This document shows positions 27,252 to 42,762 of a stretch of 64,000 nucleotides of DNA, piece by piece. The position numbers and the translations under genes were made by a program. Origin of the DNA: Octopus vulgaris (lineage: Eukaryota); NCBI GenBank assembly GCA_951406725.2, contig OX597823.1, forward strand, positions 56,730,001 to 56,794,000, in the 5' to 3' direction. The notes under the pieces are model-generated. The model saw nothing but the letters and a program-made list of their open reading frames with translations, had not been told where the DNA came from and did not search any database. Numbering within the stretch: the first letter of the stretch is position 1; every line of letters starts with the position of its first letter.

Positions 27252-27979
27252 TAGATAGATGTATGTATAAAACGGAGATGTACTTGCATAGTAAGTGATC
27301 AGAATAAGTGATAGTAAGTGATCAGAGATCGGGTGCTGAAACAAAAACAATTGCAGAGAGGAAAGTGTTTATAAGCCGTTTAAATCCTGTCGATGAGTTG
27401 TACCTAAGAGGCAACCCTGAACGAACTGATAACGCTTAAAAGCTTTATATATATCATTCAGCCAACACATTGACTGATTTTCAACTAGCCTAAATTGTAA
27501 TTATACGTAAACACTGATTAACGCAATTACGCTTATTTACGTGGCAAATATATACAATTTAACTAAAGATTGTATCATATGCACAGAATGTTTTTCTTTA
27601 TGAGAAAAATGGAAAAATAAGAGCGAATACTTATTTTATGAATGTTATGTATTAAGTCTATAAAATTGTGCATAAAGTATATAAAGTGTATATATAAAAT
27701 GCATTAAGTAATCATCGTATTCCAATTTTTTTCCCTTTTCAATGGTTAGCAGATGAGCGAATATCTTTCTATACTGTCCACAATACAGACTACGCTTTCA
27801 GGCTTTTAGGATAAAGTTTTCAGAAATAACCCAATAGGGTTTCTTGTATGGAAATTATAACGAAACCATCGGTCTGTTGTCACCCTTTAAATTTCTGTGG
27901 ATTAGAAATACATACATACATACATACATACATACAAACATACATACATACATACATGCATACGTACATACATACATAC

Positions 27980-28010
<31 letters not shown>

Positions 28011-28859
28011 CATACATACATACATACATACATACATACATACATACATACGAAAATACCCTGACGTTGATGTTGAAATTCCAATGACGGAGTCTTGAAC
28101 CTAGGTTAGAAACCGAATCTTTCTCTATTGGCTAGAAATCTCGAAATAAAACTAAAGGATGGCATATATACATACACAGACACATACACACATACACACA
28201 CATATATGCATACATACATATATATACATATACATTTATGTATGTATGTATATATGCATACACATGTTGTATATATGTATAATTATGCATAGAATTATAT
28301 TTGCTTATCTACATAATGACTTATAGGTACACCTACATATATGTACATACATATTTGCATATACGTATAAGTTTATAAGTATATATTATATATATGCATA
28401 CAAATATATGCACTTTAACCATACACACATATATGGTCTTTCAGTCTATTATTTGTTTTAGCCATGGTGGGGGTACTCAGGACTTTTGAAGGTGATCATA
28501 TTGACCCCATATTCAGTTTAGCATCGATGATTAGTTTATTGCTAACTCCTATAAGAAAACTATTAGAATATTCTCATATTCGCTATTGTTATTGTTTTCT
28601 TGTTCACGTATAATTTCTTCCCATCCTCCATTACATCTCTTTGACGCCATATCATATCAAAACAACATTACCTTTTTCAACACAAATGTCAGAAGCATTC
28701 CCTTCTCAGAACCTCCAGTTATAGCTTATGTCATATTGCTGACAAGTTTTGACAAAACTTTTGACTTTGAACTTGGCCTTCTTTTCGTTTGCAGTGTTTA
28801 GCAGACATTATTTCTTTCGCATTTATTGCAAAAGAAGAGATCAAAAGAAGCATGAAACA

Positions 28860-28953
<94 letters not shown>

Positions 28954-29187
28954 TGTATGTATGTATGTATGTATGTATGTGATGTATGTTATGATAAAAA
29001 CGATTTTACATTAATCTGATGGGATACTCCATACTTTTGTAGAGTACAAATTTATTATTTTTTACTAAGAATATCATAGATAATGACATCGAAGTTTCAT
29101 CCAGCTAAGTTTCAACGGATGATGGCTTAACTGGCCGAAACTTCGATGTCACGGTCAATACTATTCTTATTAAAGAATAAAATGTGT

Positions 29188-29331
<144 letters not shown>

Positions 29332-29342
29332 ATGTCTGTCTG

Positions 29343-29417
<75 letters not shown>

Positions 29418-30776
29418 CTCTGCACACACTCGTGCAGTGTCCAACAATTTCCGACCTGTGGGCTCATGTCGAACGACTGCTGTCACGTGTGGGACGAGTC
29501 GGTTTATCAGCTGAGTCTATCGTCAATATTGTCACGCCTCCTTCCTTCAAACGGGAAGGAAGAGCTATTTTCATCATCCTTGTGGCTATGGCGAAAGAAT
29601 GTATCTGATGGACGCGTCTGAAAGGATTGGAGACAAACACTTTCCTCTCTGGTCAATCTCTCATCAACTTCTTCAAGTACCACTTGAAAAGGAAAGTGAG
29701 AGTAGAGAGGCAAATTTTATCTAGCGAATGTTTTAAAAACAGATGGGTGAATGTAGCAAGGATGGCACGTATGAATTACGAAGCCACCTTCAGCATAATC
29801 CTATGAACCCAGAAATTGAAAACAGAGGGTTACCCACTTGCAAAAATATGTGGTAACATATAACAATATTGACCGAGGTTACCGTGGTCTTTTTCGTAGG
29901 ATTTTCTTTCCACGGATAAACCTTATCTGCTTCCCCCTTTACTCCGTACATCATGACACTGTGATACACGATCCCTATTGATCGTTTCTTCTTTCCTCTC
30001 CTCCTTTTTTTCCTCTTTTTTCTTCTTTTTTCTTTTCTTTTGTTTCTTTTCCTTTTTTCGTCTTTTTTCCCTTTTACGATCCCTTTTGATCGAAAACCTA
30101 CGCCACTTTTCTTTTGTTTCTTTTGCTTCTTGTTTTTTGTTTTTTTTCATCCCCCAAAAGAAAAGCTCTACCTTGTAATTTGTCCCATCTATGTGGCCAA
30201 TAAAGAAACTTATCTATCTACTTATATCATGCATAGAAAGATATACAAAAAAGGAATTGCGATATAGGAAATGATAGATACGTAACCGTAGATGATAGAT
30301 AGGCAGATAGATTGCACCGGTCGTTGTTTAGCCTGTGGTCGGTCACCACGAAAATTGAAGAAAAATCTATGATTATACATCTGTTCTCTCATTTTTTCCT
30401 TCAGGCAAATTATATAGTACTAGCAACGTACCACGGTGTTGCCCGGGTGTTATTACCTACTGTTACATTGTATTATTTGTTCCTTTCTTACAGGCCGAAT
30501 CCGCACGCGAGGAGTATCAAGCAAACAATTCTTCTTTATAAACATTTTTTCAGTTATTTTCTGATGAACAATGCTGAAATTTTTGATTCCAAAAACATGT
30601 ACAATGGCAGCTTACCCCATTAATTCCCAGAGTACTTAAATTTCTGAATATTACTTTTAAATTTTTACAGATGATTGAAAATAGGTTAAAGTGAAAAAAA
30701 TGTTTTAAATTTTGTAATTCGTATTTGTGATGAGCGTATTTAAAAACCTGATCTTCGTATAAACAACTTTTTCGGA

Positions 30777-31550
30777 AATCGTGTCGTTTAGCTATTGTTT
30801 CTAGCATGTCGGAGGTGACATTTGCACCCCGACCCTATTTTTTTCAAAATTTTTTCGGGTTTCTATGTTTTCAATATAAGAGATTAGGATTTGGTTCCAA
30901 AAACACATTTTCAAAATTTTAATTTCCCCTCTCACCATCATAATTCTTTTGAAAGTTTTTTTTTTATAATCCACGTAGAAGAATGCAGAGATAACGAATC
31001 TTTAAGAATTCATGTTTAAAAATTTTCTTAAAGAAACATTCGAATCCCCTTCCCCAACCTCCAGCCATCACCTCCCCACATTCTAAAAGCCAAAAACTCC
31101 GAATGTTTCACTTTTTGCCTTTTTGAAAACGAGCTAGCTTTTTTCAGAAATAATGTCGTTTAGCTGTTGTTTCTAGCATGTCGGGTTTTCTGGTGGTGGT
31201 CTGATATTTTTGACGTTTGCTATATCAGTAGAATTCTATGCATGCGTAAAACATCAGACGAAAGTGAAGTATTCGGAGATTTTAGCTTTTTGAAAGCGGA
31301 GAGGTGATGGGTGGGTGAGGTGCGGGAAGGAGCATTGAGTATTTCTTTAAGAAAGATTAAAATAATAATTTTAAAAATCCGTGATTCGCAATCTCTCTAT
31401 ATGGATTGGATTAAAAATAATTTCCCCAAAATTTAAATATCACGAAATTGGGGTGGGGATGGGGTGAAATTAAAATTTTGAAAGCGTGATTTTTGGACAA
31501 AATCGTATTCTCCTATATAGAAAACATAGGAAACCGAAGAAATTTTGGAA
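30777..31550. repeat. Large degenerate fold-back (~30840-31135 / 31265-31550) with a direct repeat at 30777 and 31149
   Basis: Reverse-complementary blocks such as TTTCAAAATTTTAATTTC / GAAATTAAAATTTTGAAA; the repeat GTCGTTTAGCTRTTGTTTCTAGCATGTCGG occurs twice. Confidence 0.65.
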
Positions 31551-31690
31551 AAGCAAAGCGGAAGTGGGTAGTACAGAAAATGTGGCAATATTGTGCCAAA
31601 AAAGCATGGTTTTAGGTCAGATTCCGTTGACAAATAAGGTTTTGTGCATCACAAATGCACTCATAACACTCCTTGAACAGTTGCATTTTT

Positions 31691-32135
31691 AGCGTCCCCA
31701 AAGTCCATCCCCTCCTCACTGTGGTGGGGACGCTGGCAACGGGTAGTGTCAGAGCTATGCCGTCAGGAACTTCGGCTCCTGGTAGGGCCACCCAAGGCGG
31801 ATTGGTCTGACACCGAGTGGTATTAGGGCCACAACCCGGCAGACGGTGAAAATCCTCGGAGTGTCAGTTTCGGCAACCGGCGGTTCCTCGGTCGCTCTGC
31901 CCCTGCGTCTGCGGACAATCTGCAGCAAACAGGATGTCTCTACATGCGGGATTGTTGGAGACCGCTTGTCAAATACACATATTCCCACGAAACTTCTTAC
32001 ATGAATTCTCAATGGCGAATACAATGCCTCGAGGGTGGTGGAAGAAGCTAACTCAACCCGCTCAGGGTGAATGTCGCCACAAGTACAAGTTGCATTTTTT
32101 GACACCAAAAACATTAAAATTGGCAATGTAGATTA
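31691..32135 (+). mobile_element. RTE-type LINE 5' end (GC-rich UTR plus first codons)
   Basis: GAGCTATGCC..GCTCCTGGTAGGGCCACCCA resembles RTE 5' UTRs (recalled, unverified). Ends at FLTPKTLKLA, an APE N-terminus-like peptide. Confidence 0.55.
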
Positions 32136-32339
32136 GAAGCAAATCAATATTGGCCGAAAATAATTTGAAAATTGTGCGACCCGACCTCGTTTTCAAGGTT
32201 ACTTTTGTAGTACAAAAGAGTTGTGCAAAAATCATATTTTATTTGGTAGACGAAAGATTACTGAAACTTTTAATACTTCATAGTCAAAATCGGCAACCCA
32301 GTTTTCGAATCCCTAAGGAACATACGCACAACACACACG

Positions 32340-32450
<111 letters not shown>

Positions 32451-32952
32451 ACTCTGTTCTGTAGATATAGGTTACATTGTAGATCAATAAAGACAGAAAG
32501 ATTACTAAGCAGAAAGATAGATAAATAAATGTATATATCTTCATCTTTCGCTTGTTTTAGTCCTTAGCCTGCGGCCATCTTGGGGCTCCGCTTTCAGGAA
32601 TGTTTTAGTCAAGCAAATCGACCTCAGTAATTATTTTAAAACCTGATATTTCTTTTATCGGGCTCTTTTGTCGAACTGCTGGATTACGTGAGCATAAATG
32701 TACCAAACAGCTATTGTCAAGCTGTGGTGGGAGACAAACAAACAAAAAGACACATACATAGATACATACACACATATCCAGTCACACGGCTTTGTTCGGC
32801 CCGAGCCTATAGTAGAAGACACTTGCCCAACTGTCACAGAACCCGGAACCATGTGGTTGGCAAGCACACTTCTTACCACACAGCCACGAAACGGTTGTGA
32901 CTATCTGTCCCAATGTTTTATTGCCCCCTATTGCGCTTTTGTTCCAGTTATA

Positions 32953-33050
<98 letters not shown>

Positions 33051-33218
33051 CGCACATAGATGGAGAGATAACGTGGGTTACGATCATATTCTTTTTCGAT
33101 GTTTACTTTATAGTCTTTCAACGTGACTCTCATGCTTCTTCTTCTTCTTCTTCTTCTTCTTCTTCTTCTTCTTCTTCTTCTTCTTCTTCTTCTTCTTCTT
33201 CTTCTTCTTCTTCTTCTT

Positions 33219-33250
<32 letters not shown>

Positions 33251-33254
<4 letters not shown>

Positions 33255-33557
33255 TATGCGCCCTTTTCAAGCCTAACCAGGCTCGTGGGCCTGGTCTCCC
33301 GGTTTCTGTGGCGTATGTGTTCCCCCCAGCTGGACGGGACGCCAGACCATCGCAGCGTTACTCAAGAAACAGGAGGAAAGAGTGACAGCAAGTCGGGGCG
33401 AAAGAGTACAACAGGGGGTCGCCACCACCCCTTGCAGGAGCCTCGTGGAGCTTTAGGTGTTTTTGCTCAATAAACACACACAACGCCCGGTCTGGGAATC
33501 GAAACCGCAATCCTCCGACCGTAAGTCAGCTGCCCTAACCACTGGGCAATTGCGCCT

Positions 33558-33559
<2 letters not shown>
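33251..33559 (-). mobile_element. SINE family A with an alternative 3' tail
   Basis: Head matches 1966-2150; the tail differs. Confidence 0.85.
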
Positions 33560-33594
<35 letters not shown>

Positions 33595-33602
33595 TGTATC
33601 TG

Positions 33603-33745
<143 letters not shown>

Positions 33746-34130
33746 TTTTGCATTTGCTTTACTCTTTATTTCTGTTTGCTTCTTTGTTTCTTTATTTTTT
33801 TATTTCTGTCATTCGTTCTATGACTCTACCCTCGTCGCTATATTCACCACCTCTTCCAGGGATGCTAAATGTTCATCCAGCCATTCTTATATAATTTTAT
33901 ATCTGTTTATGTTTTTGCTTCACCTCTGCACACGTAGACACACATATAAATACATAAACAACTTGCATTTATACTTATGCACAAAGATTCACAAACATAA
34001 CGACACAGAATAGTCACGTACACACACACACACACGCACACACACATACACATATACACACATATATGTCTACATATATATATACGCATACATATGTGTG
34101 TAAGTGTGTATGCTTATATATATGTACGTA

Positions 34131-34183
<53 letters not shown>

Positions 34184-34212
34184 ATGCATGTATATATATA
34201 TGTATATGCATG

Positions 34213-34245
<33 letters not shown>

Positions 34246-34385
34246 GTATGTATATATATATATATACACACACACACATGTATCCACATAAGCGTTGCAG
34301 GTATAGGTTTGTCTAGAGCCTTTTCATTACTTAAAAGAGTAGCAGAACTAATAATAATGATAATAATAATAATAATAATAATAAT

Positions 34386-34456
<71 letters not shown>

Positions 34457-35515
34457 TAATAATGTTATTATGGTGTATGGTGTGTATTTATTTGGAAATA
34501 AACGTCTACACACTCATATACGCACATACAGACACACAAATATATATTTATATCTGTCAAGAAACAAAAAAGGAAAGACCAGAGAAGAAGGACCACTTTT
34601 AACAAATATTATATTAATCTAAAGCTTGAAAAGAAACGGAAAGAAAAAGAAGTATGCATTTGTATGTGTGTTGTGCATGTGTGTGCGTGTGTATGAGTAT
34701 TTTGTTCGTATGTGAGTGTGTCTAAACACTTGATACTCAGCAATTTCTACAACTCATAATACCAGCGAGCAGAACACAGTTCACGCCCTTGACAGTTATA
34801 CAGTTAATACATAAAACAAAAGAATATGCAACCCACTCATCATAATTGCAGAAACTGTTCTAGTGTCATGCCAAATAAACTTGTAAATCTCCTCTCAGCC
34901 ATCAAATGACAACACATGCTATCACTGTAACAGTCATGGAATATATTTCGTAAGCAATTCTTTATTATTCCACTTCATCTTTTTCCTCCCCCTCCACCAT
35001 CCTCTCTCTCTCTCTCTCTTTCTCTTCCACGTATTGTCATTTTGTTTTATATTCTGCTTGTTTGTTTTTGCAAGCCATTACTGAATCTTCCCAGTATTCT
35101 TTATCTTAACGCTGTCAATGGACCTCTGTCAAAATTTCAAATGCATAGATATGGCTTCTCTTAATAACAGAAAAATCTCCGAGATCGCATCAAAAGTCCA
35201 AAAATCACTTTACCAATTCTGAAAACGTTAGAACAATTTACTTATCTGACCTCTTTTTATTCCTGATATGCTTTCTTCTATGTCATTCTGTTTGTTTCTC
35301 TCTTCTTCGTTCTCTCAGTACATACATACATACATACATACATACATACATACATACATACATACATACATACATACATACATACATACATACATACATA
35401 CATACATACATACATACACACATTCATATATATATATGCATATACAGATATACAAACAATATGTACACACACGTATATATTGTATATATGTATATATATA
35501 TATGTGCGTGTGTCA

Positions 35516-35590
<75 letters not shown>

Positions 35591-37809
35591 AATCAGTCTG
35601 TCTGTCTGTCTATCTAAATATATGTTTGTGTGTGTATGTACAAACACACAAACACACAGAGACACACTTATACGTATTTATATCTATATACACACTGTTG
35701 TCTTTTTTAGCATATATATCTATCAATTTCTGGACATTCTAAGCATTTACCTGAAATTGACTACGATAAAACATGCCACAAATATTACTAAAACTTATAA
35801 ACTTCAAGAAATCGAAGGAAATGCGATGTGACCTTTTCCAAGGGTTGACAATAGCCAAATTTGATACTAAGATTCTTCGGCTATTTTTGCGTTGTAATAA
35901 TGGAATAGTAATGTGAGGTGAAAAAGGTATTCAATAATGATACACTTGTTATTGTTTTGATATGATTGGTAGGCTGGTTTGGGTTGGTAGAAATATCGGA
36001 ATCAGGAATTTTGATTGATGAGTTTCTATGCCGGAAGAAACAAGTCAGTTCAAATCCCTGCTCTACACAGGTTTCCAGTTAATCTTTGGTCCAGTAGGAT
36101 TGATAATATATGTCCTGGACATGTGGTGTGATGAATGTAATGTTATCAGATTATTATTATTAATATTCTTCTCTTCTTCTTCTTCTTCTTCTTCTTCTTC
36201 TTCTTCTTCTTCTTCTTCTTCTTCTTCTTCTTCTTCTTCTTCTTCTTCTTCTTCTTCTTCTGATTGAGAGAGAGGGCAGTGCATGCCATCAAAGTGAGTC
36301 TGGGGCAAAATATACAAAGCCCAGTATACCTATCACGACTACCCGTTTGATAAGGATACACCAGATACAGGCATCACAAGCATATTTGCTCGACATGGTG
36401 ATCTTATATCAAGATAAACAGCGCATGACCTTGCATGTGGGGCTCAGTTAGAATTTTCTTCTGGTCGAGTAGCCCATCCCGCTCAAAGGATGCCTGAATA
36501 AGAGTTGTTTAAGGATGTTGAACGAAAAATTCACGTTTCCAGAGGTGAATTATCGAAACGGCAAAGAATTCCTCTCAATACATGGCAATGATGCTTCCCC
36601 ACTCTTTCTGTTCGTGATCAGAGATGCACATATCTTCACCCACTAAGGGACATGCTCAACTGGTTATGGTCAAACAACTGACAAGCAAATCTGTGGTATT
36701 GAGCAGAATATTTGCTGTAGCCCATCTATACAAGACAAAACAATGTACATGATAACAATTCCAGTCAGTTAAAATGAGAAGCCATGAAAGTCACTGTCTG
36801 GTTATAATAATAATTATAAATATTATTAATATTATAATTATAATTATCATTATTATTGAATGAGGGAGCAGTGCGTGCCATATAAGTGACACTGGAGTAC
36901 AAATATATGAAGCCAATATGCTCATCATGACTACCCATCTGATAAGGGTACACCAGGAACATGCATCACAACCATATGTGCGCGACATGGTGATTTCATA
37001 TCAAGATAAACGGTGCACTAAGGGAATGCTCAACTGGTTAAGGTCAAACAACTGACGGTGCAAATCTTTGGAATTGAGCAGAATATTTGCAGTACCCCAA
37101 TTTTTTTACCAAGACAAAACATGTATATGATAACACTTTCAATCAGTTAAGATCAGAAGCATTGAGAGCTAGTACTTAGTATTGCATCAGGGCATTATTT
37201 TTATTATCCTTGCGAGATCAATAAAATAAGTACCAGTTGAATACTGGGGTCGATGTAACCTCCTAACTCCTTCCCCCGAAATGTCTGGCCTGGTGAAAAC
37301 ATTATTAATATTATTAGGGTGACGAGCTAGGAGAATCGTTAGCAAGCCGAACAAAATATTTATCAGCATTTCTTCCGGCTTTACGTTTTGAGGTTAAATG
37401 CCGCCTAGGGCATCCTTTCGGGGTGGATGAAATAAGAACCAGTTAAGCACTCGGATCGGCAAGCATCTCCTCCCAAAATTTCAAGCCTTGTGCCTATAGT
37501 AGAAAGATAGTTATTATTATTTCGCTTGTCTGGAGAAATGAGTTGCGACGTCACAGGTGCCAAGCTGTATCGGCCGTTGCCTTTCTCTCGGATAACACTA
37601 GTGACGTGGAGAGGGGTGGCCGGTATGCATGGGCGACTGCTGGTCTTCCATAAACAACCTTGCCTGGACTTGTGCCTGGGAGGGTAACTTTCTAGGTGCA
37701 ATCCCATGGTTAGTCATGACCGAAGGGTGTCTCAGCAGATGTATGTATGTATGTATGTATGTATGTATGTATGTATGTATGTATGTATGTATGTATGTAT
37801 GTATGTATG

Positions 37810-37877
<68 letters not shown>

Positions 37878-37882
37878 TATAT

Positions 37883-38074
37883 AGGGAAAGTTTATGAAAA
37901 AAACAAAAGACGAAGACAGGTGGTGTACAAAACAAACAGATGTATTAGTATAGCGCTCAGGAATAGAAAAAGTCCTTTACGTTTCGAGCGTACGCTCTTC
38001 TACAGAAATGTACACAGAAAAAACAAGGAGAGAAATAAGGAAAGATAAAAAATGTGTGTAGTGGCTAGCGATCT

Positions 38075-38077
<3 letters not shown>
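37883..38077 (-). mobile_element. 5'-truncated related PLE 3' end, with HHR at ~37974-38009
   Basis: Reverse complement reads TTT-CTGTAGA-A-GAGC(GTAC)GCTC-GAAAC-GTA-AAG...CCTGAGCGCTATACTAATAC...CATAAACTTTCCC. Flanked by (TA)n. Confidence 0.85.
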
Positions 38078-38142
<65 letters not shown>

Positions 38143-38875
38143 CACACATATACATACATATCTATGAATGTGTGTATCTTTGTACCTGGTTTGTCCCTCA
38201 CCACCGTTTGATATCGGTGTTGGTATGTTTACGTCCCCGTAATGTAGCGGTTCGGTAAAAGTGACCGATAGAATAAGTATCAAGCTTTACAAGACAATAA
38301 TTAGTACTGGGGTCGATTCATTCGACCAAAATTCTTTCAGACGGTATCCCAGCATGTCCGCAGTTAATGACTGAAACGAGTAAAAGATCAAAGATTGAAA
38401 AACAGCAGTTAAGTTTTCCTCAAGTTCCACCTTCAAAAATACATTGCTTATTTTGATTAATAAATACATCATTCGCGGTTGTTGTCGTGAGATGGCCGAG
38501 TGGTTATGAAATTGATAGTGGTTTGAATGAAAAATATACTTCTAAACGTTGCGAAAGAAGGAGCTGTTTGTTTGTGTCCCCATGAGATTCTTCTGATATG
38601 TTCGTACTCTTTTTTATATACACATTTAGTTGTGTTAAAAATAAAAACACAAACATAGGTGCATATATAAGCTTCTGTAACCTTCTAGCACGTGTTTGAA
38701 AGAAGTTAAAGGAAAGCGTTCATGCATTAGAAGGCACTTCTTCTTTCTCCAAAAAGGTTAGTTACATCCTGATAAAAGTAGTAAAAGATTTCATAACATT
38801 TCTTTAAAAAATAAGTTTTAAAAAAATCACCTCCCCATATAAAAACTGTATTAAGTAATTCTCATAGACTTTCTA

Positions 38876-38906
<31 letters not shown>

Positions 38907-39119
38907 TGTATGTATGTATGTATGTATGTATGTATGTATGTATGTATGTATGTATGTATGTATGTATGTATGTATGTGTGTATGTATGTATGTATGTACG
39001 CATGTATGTATGTATGTATGTATGTATGTATGTATGTATGTATGTATGTATGTATGTATGTATGTATGTATGTATGTATGTATGTATGTATGTATGTATA
39101 TATATATATATATATATAC

Positions 39120-39154
<35 letters not shown>

Positions 39155-39225
39155 GAGAGAGAAAGATTAAATCTGTGTTGTTGTAAGTTGTCTTTAGTTA
39201 GACGCAGACATACACGCATACACAT

Positions 39226-39281
<56 letters not shown>

Positions 39282-39754
39282 TTTATGTATGTGTATATAT
39301 GAGTGTTTTGCGTGCTTGTGTGAATGTATGCACTGAGCGTGTGTATGTATATATATATATATATATATACGTGTGTTTGTGAGATTGTCTGTATGCGAGA
39401 ATAGGTGTGTAATGCGGGGTGTTATAACGAGTTACCTAACTTGGAAATATTTCTGGGACGATGATCAAAGCAGAAGAAGCGATGGCAGCACCAGCAGCAG
39501 CAGTAACAAATTGTACTAATACGGTTGTTGTTAAACCAAGCACTCTGTCAGCAAAGCACAGTGATTTGGAACCAATTACTGCAGAAACCAATAACTAACA
39601 CCATTCTTCGAGGTCTTTCAGTACCTCTTTGAGCGGTCAGTTTTATTATAAACAGTAACGAAATAAGCCGATGGTTTTTGTAATGGCGTCTTTGTTAGTG
39701 ATGACACCTTTCGATCGGTCACTAAAGAGATCGAAAGAGAGAAGGAGAGAAAGA

Positions 39755-39788
<34 letters not shown>

Positions 39789-39969
39789 AAGAGACGAAGG
39801 GGAAAGAGTGGGGAGACGAATACTAGGTGGGGAACAAAGAGAGTGACGAAGAAACGGCGGAGGGGTAACTTTAACAAGTATAATTTGGCAGAGTGCAGAA
39901 AAGATAAAATAAAGTGTCATTAATTCAGCTTGCTTCTGTAAAGGTAGAGGACAATGGTAGTAGTAGTAA

Positions 39970-40006
<37 letters not shown>

Positions 40007-40114
40007 TGTAGTAGTAGTAGTAGTAGTAGTAGTAATAATTGCTTCCAAGATGTAGGAGACCAGAAATATTTGGTTGTGTACAGTTGATGAAACAAACACA
40101 CACACACGTGTGCG

Positions 40115-40159
<45 letters not shown>

Positions 40160-40226
40160 TACATGCATAAATATGTATGTCGGTATATATTTGTGTGTGA
40201 GAGTGGATATGAATATATATATATAT

Positions 40227-40305
<79 letters not shown>

Positions 40306-40516
40306 TACATACACATACATATGTATTTCTATACATTAACAGATATGCACACACTTATGAATATGAAAATACATACATACGTATGTATTTATGTGTATTA
40401 TGTAAGTATATATTTATATGTATTTATGTAAGTATATATTTACATGTTTATTTATCTGTGTATACATACACACTGACATACGCTTACAAATATACATAAA
40501 TACGTACATGCCTACG

Positions 40517-40589
<73 letters not shown>

Positions 40590-42519
40590 ATATATATACA
40601 TGTGTGTGTATGTATGTGAGTGATTGTGTTTACATGAGACCGTAGGTGTGGATTAGTGATATAACGTGTTTGGATAGAAGTGAAGAGTTGAGGAAATTGA
40701 CCCAGGTACTTGAGGGGTACTTCCTTTTATTAATTTATTTAAACCTATCGACTTGGGTGGATTTGGATTCAAAACTGAAATGCTCCGGTTCTGTACCAGT
40801 TTTGTAAACCAGCCAATATTAATATTTCTTCAACCATGAATAATAATGATGATGATGATGATGACGACGACGACGACGACGATAATCCTTTCTACTATGG
40901 CAGAGGGCCTGAAATTTTGGAGGGAGGACTAGTGGATTATATCGAGCCCAGCACTTGATTGGTACTTATTTTATCGACCTGGAAGGGATGAAAGGCATAG
41001 TCGACCTCTTGACTTGATGCAATACCAGACGGTGGCTCATGGCTTCTGATCTTAACTGATTGGAAGTGTTATCATGAGTATTCTGCAAATACCACAGATT
41101 TGCTTGTCATTTGCATGACCGTAACCAGCTGAGCATGTCCCTTGATAGCTGACGATCTGTGCATCTCTGATTACGAGCAAAAGTAGTGGGAAAGCAAAGT
41201 AGTCATATTCTGAGATGAATTCTTTGAGTAATTCACTTCTGGAAACATGGGTATTTCGTTCAGGGAGCTCCTTTTGAGCAGGATGGGCGACTCGATGTAA
41301 AGAAAATTCTAACTGGGCCCCCACCTGCGTGGTCATGCACCATTTATCTTGATATGAGATCACCATGCCTCGCGCATTTGGTGGTAATGCATGTGTCTGA
41401 TAAGCTTTATTAGACGGGTAGTTCTGATAGGTAGATTGGGCTTTGTATATTTGTACCCTAGTGCCACCTTAATGGCATGCGCTGCTCTCTCACTTTGACT
41501 GGTGCAGTCAAAGACAAGTTAGCATTTGCTGGGGGTGAAGGAAGGACGTGTTAAGAATGGCCATACCTGCTCGAGTTGTCTTTCTGTAATGTGCTTATAA
41601 GCCTCTGTTGATCATTGGAGTTTTACAGTTCTTTACATGTCTAAACAACTCTTCCGAAAAAAAAAACAAAAAACAAAAAAAGAAACGGTAGAAGTTTTCA
41701 AACTGGTCTGCTATCACATTACTGTGAACCCTTATGATGTTTTCCGGTGGGTGTGGTCACTCCCTCACCTTTTGTTGAGGTTTGTTTTTTTTGCTTTGTT
41801 TTGAAATCTTACATCTTCTTTTACTTATATATTTTTAGCAATGGTTTGTTTTTCTCTTTTGATTTTCTTGCGTCTCCTCTGGCTCATCGCGAAACGGTGG
41901 AGCGGTGCTGCTGGTAACTTTGACTTTCGGGGCCAGACATAAAAGGACCTCTGTCTTCTTCAGTGAAAGTGTTGTTAGTACCTTTTATCTTTGTTACTTG
42001 TTTCAATCATTCGACTGTGGCCATGCTGGAGTACCGTTTTGAAGAAGTTTTAGTCAAACGAATCGACATCAGTATTTAGTTCTTTTATAAAGCCTGGTAC
42101 TTATTCTATCGGACTTTTGTGCCAAACTGCTAAGTTACGAGGATGTAAACACACCAACAGCGGTTGTCAAGCGGTGATGGGGGACAAACACAGACACAAA
42201 GACACACACATATACGACGAGCTTCTTTCAGTTTCCACCAACCAAATCCACTCACAATACTTTGATCAGCCCAAGGCTATAATAGAACACACTTGGTGAA
42301 GGTACCACGTAGTGGGACTGAACTCGGGATCATGTGCTTGAGAAACAGACTTCTTACCATGAAGCCACGCCAGCGCCTATGTATGTGAATAGGTGGCAAT
42401 ATTTTCACGTGACTAATGCAGTGAGCTAGTAGAATCGTTAGCACTCCGGGCGAAATGCTTAGCGGCATTTGGTCCGTCTTCAGGTTCTGAGTTCAAATTC
42501 CACCGTGGCCGACTTTGCC

Positions 42520-42593
<74 letters not shown>

Positions 42594-42596
42594 GTA

Positions 42597-42648
<52 letters not shown>

Positions 42649-42729
42649 GACATGTAACAAATATATATTATTTATAATATACATATATACACATATAGAT
42701 GTGTATATGTATACGCTTATATACAGGTG

Positions 42730-42762
<33 letters not shown>

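Noticed and set aside
28075-28123. Hammerhead-like CCAATGA...GAAACCG
   Set aside because: The core G5 is lost and stems I and III are weak; at best a decayed copy.
39626-39722. Candidate - strand exon after a CT tract
   Set aside because: The acceptor is a microsatellite, the donor is weak, the most protein-like frame has a stop, and the phase does not match the 44681 exon.
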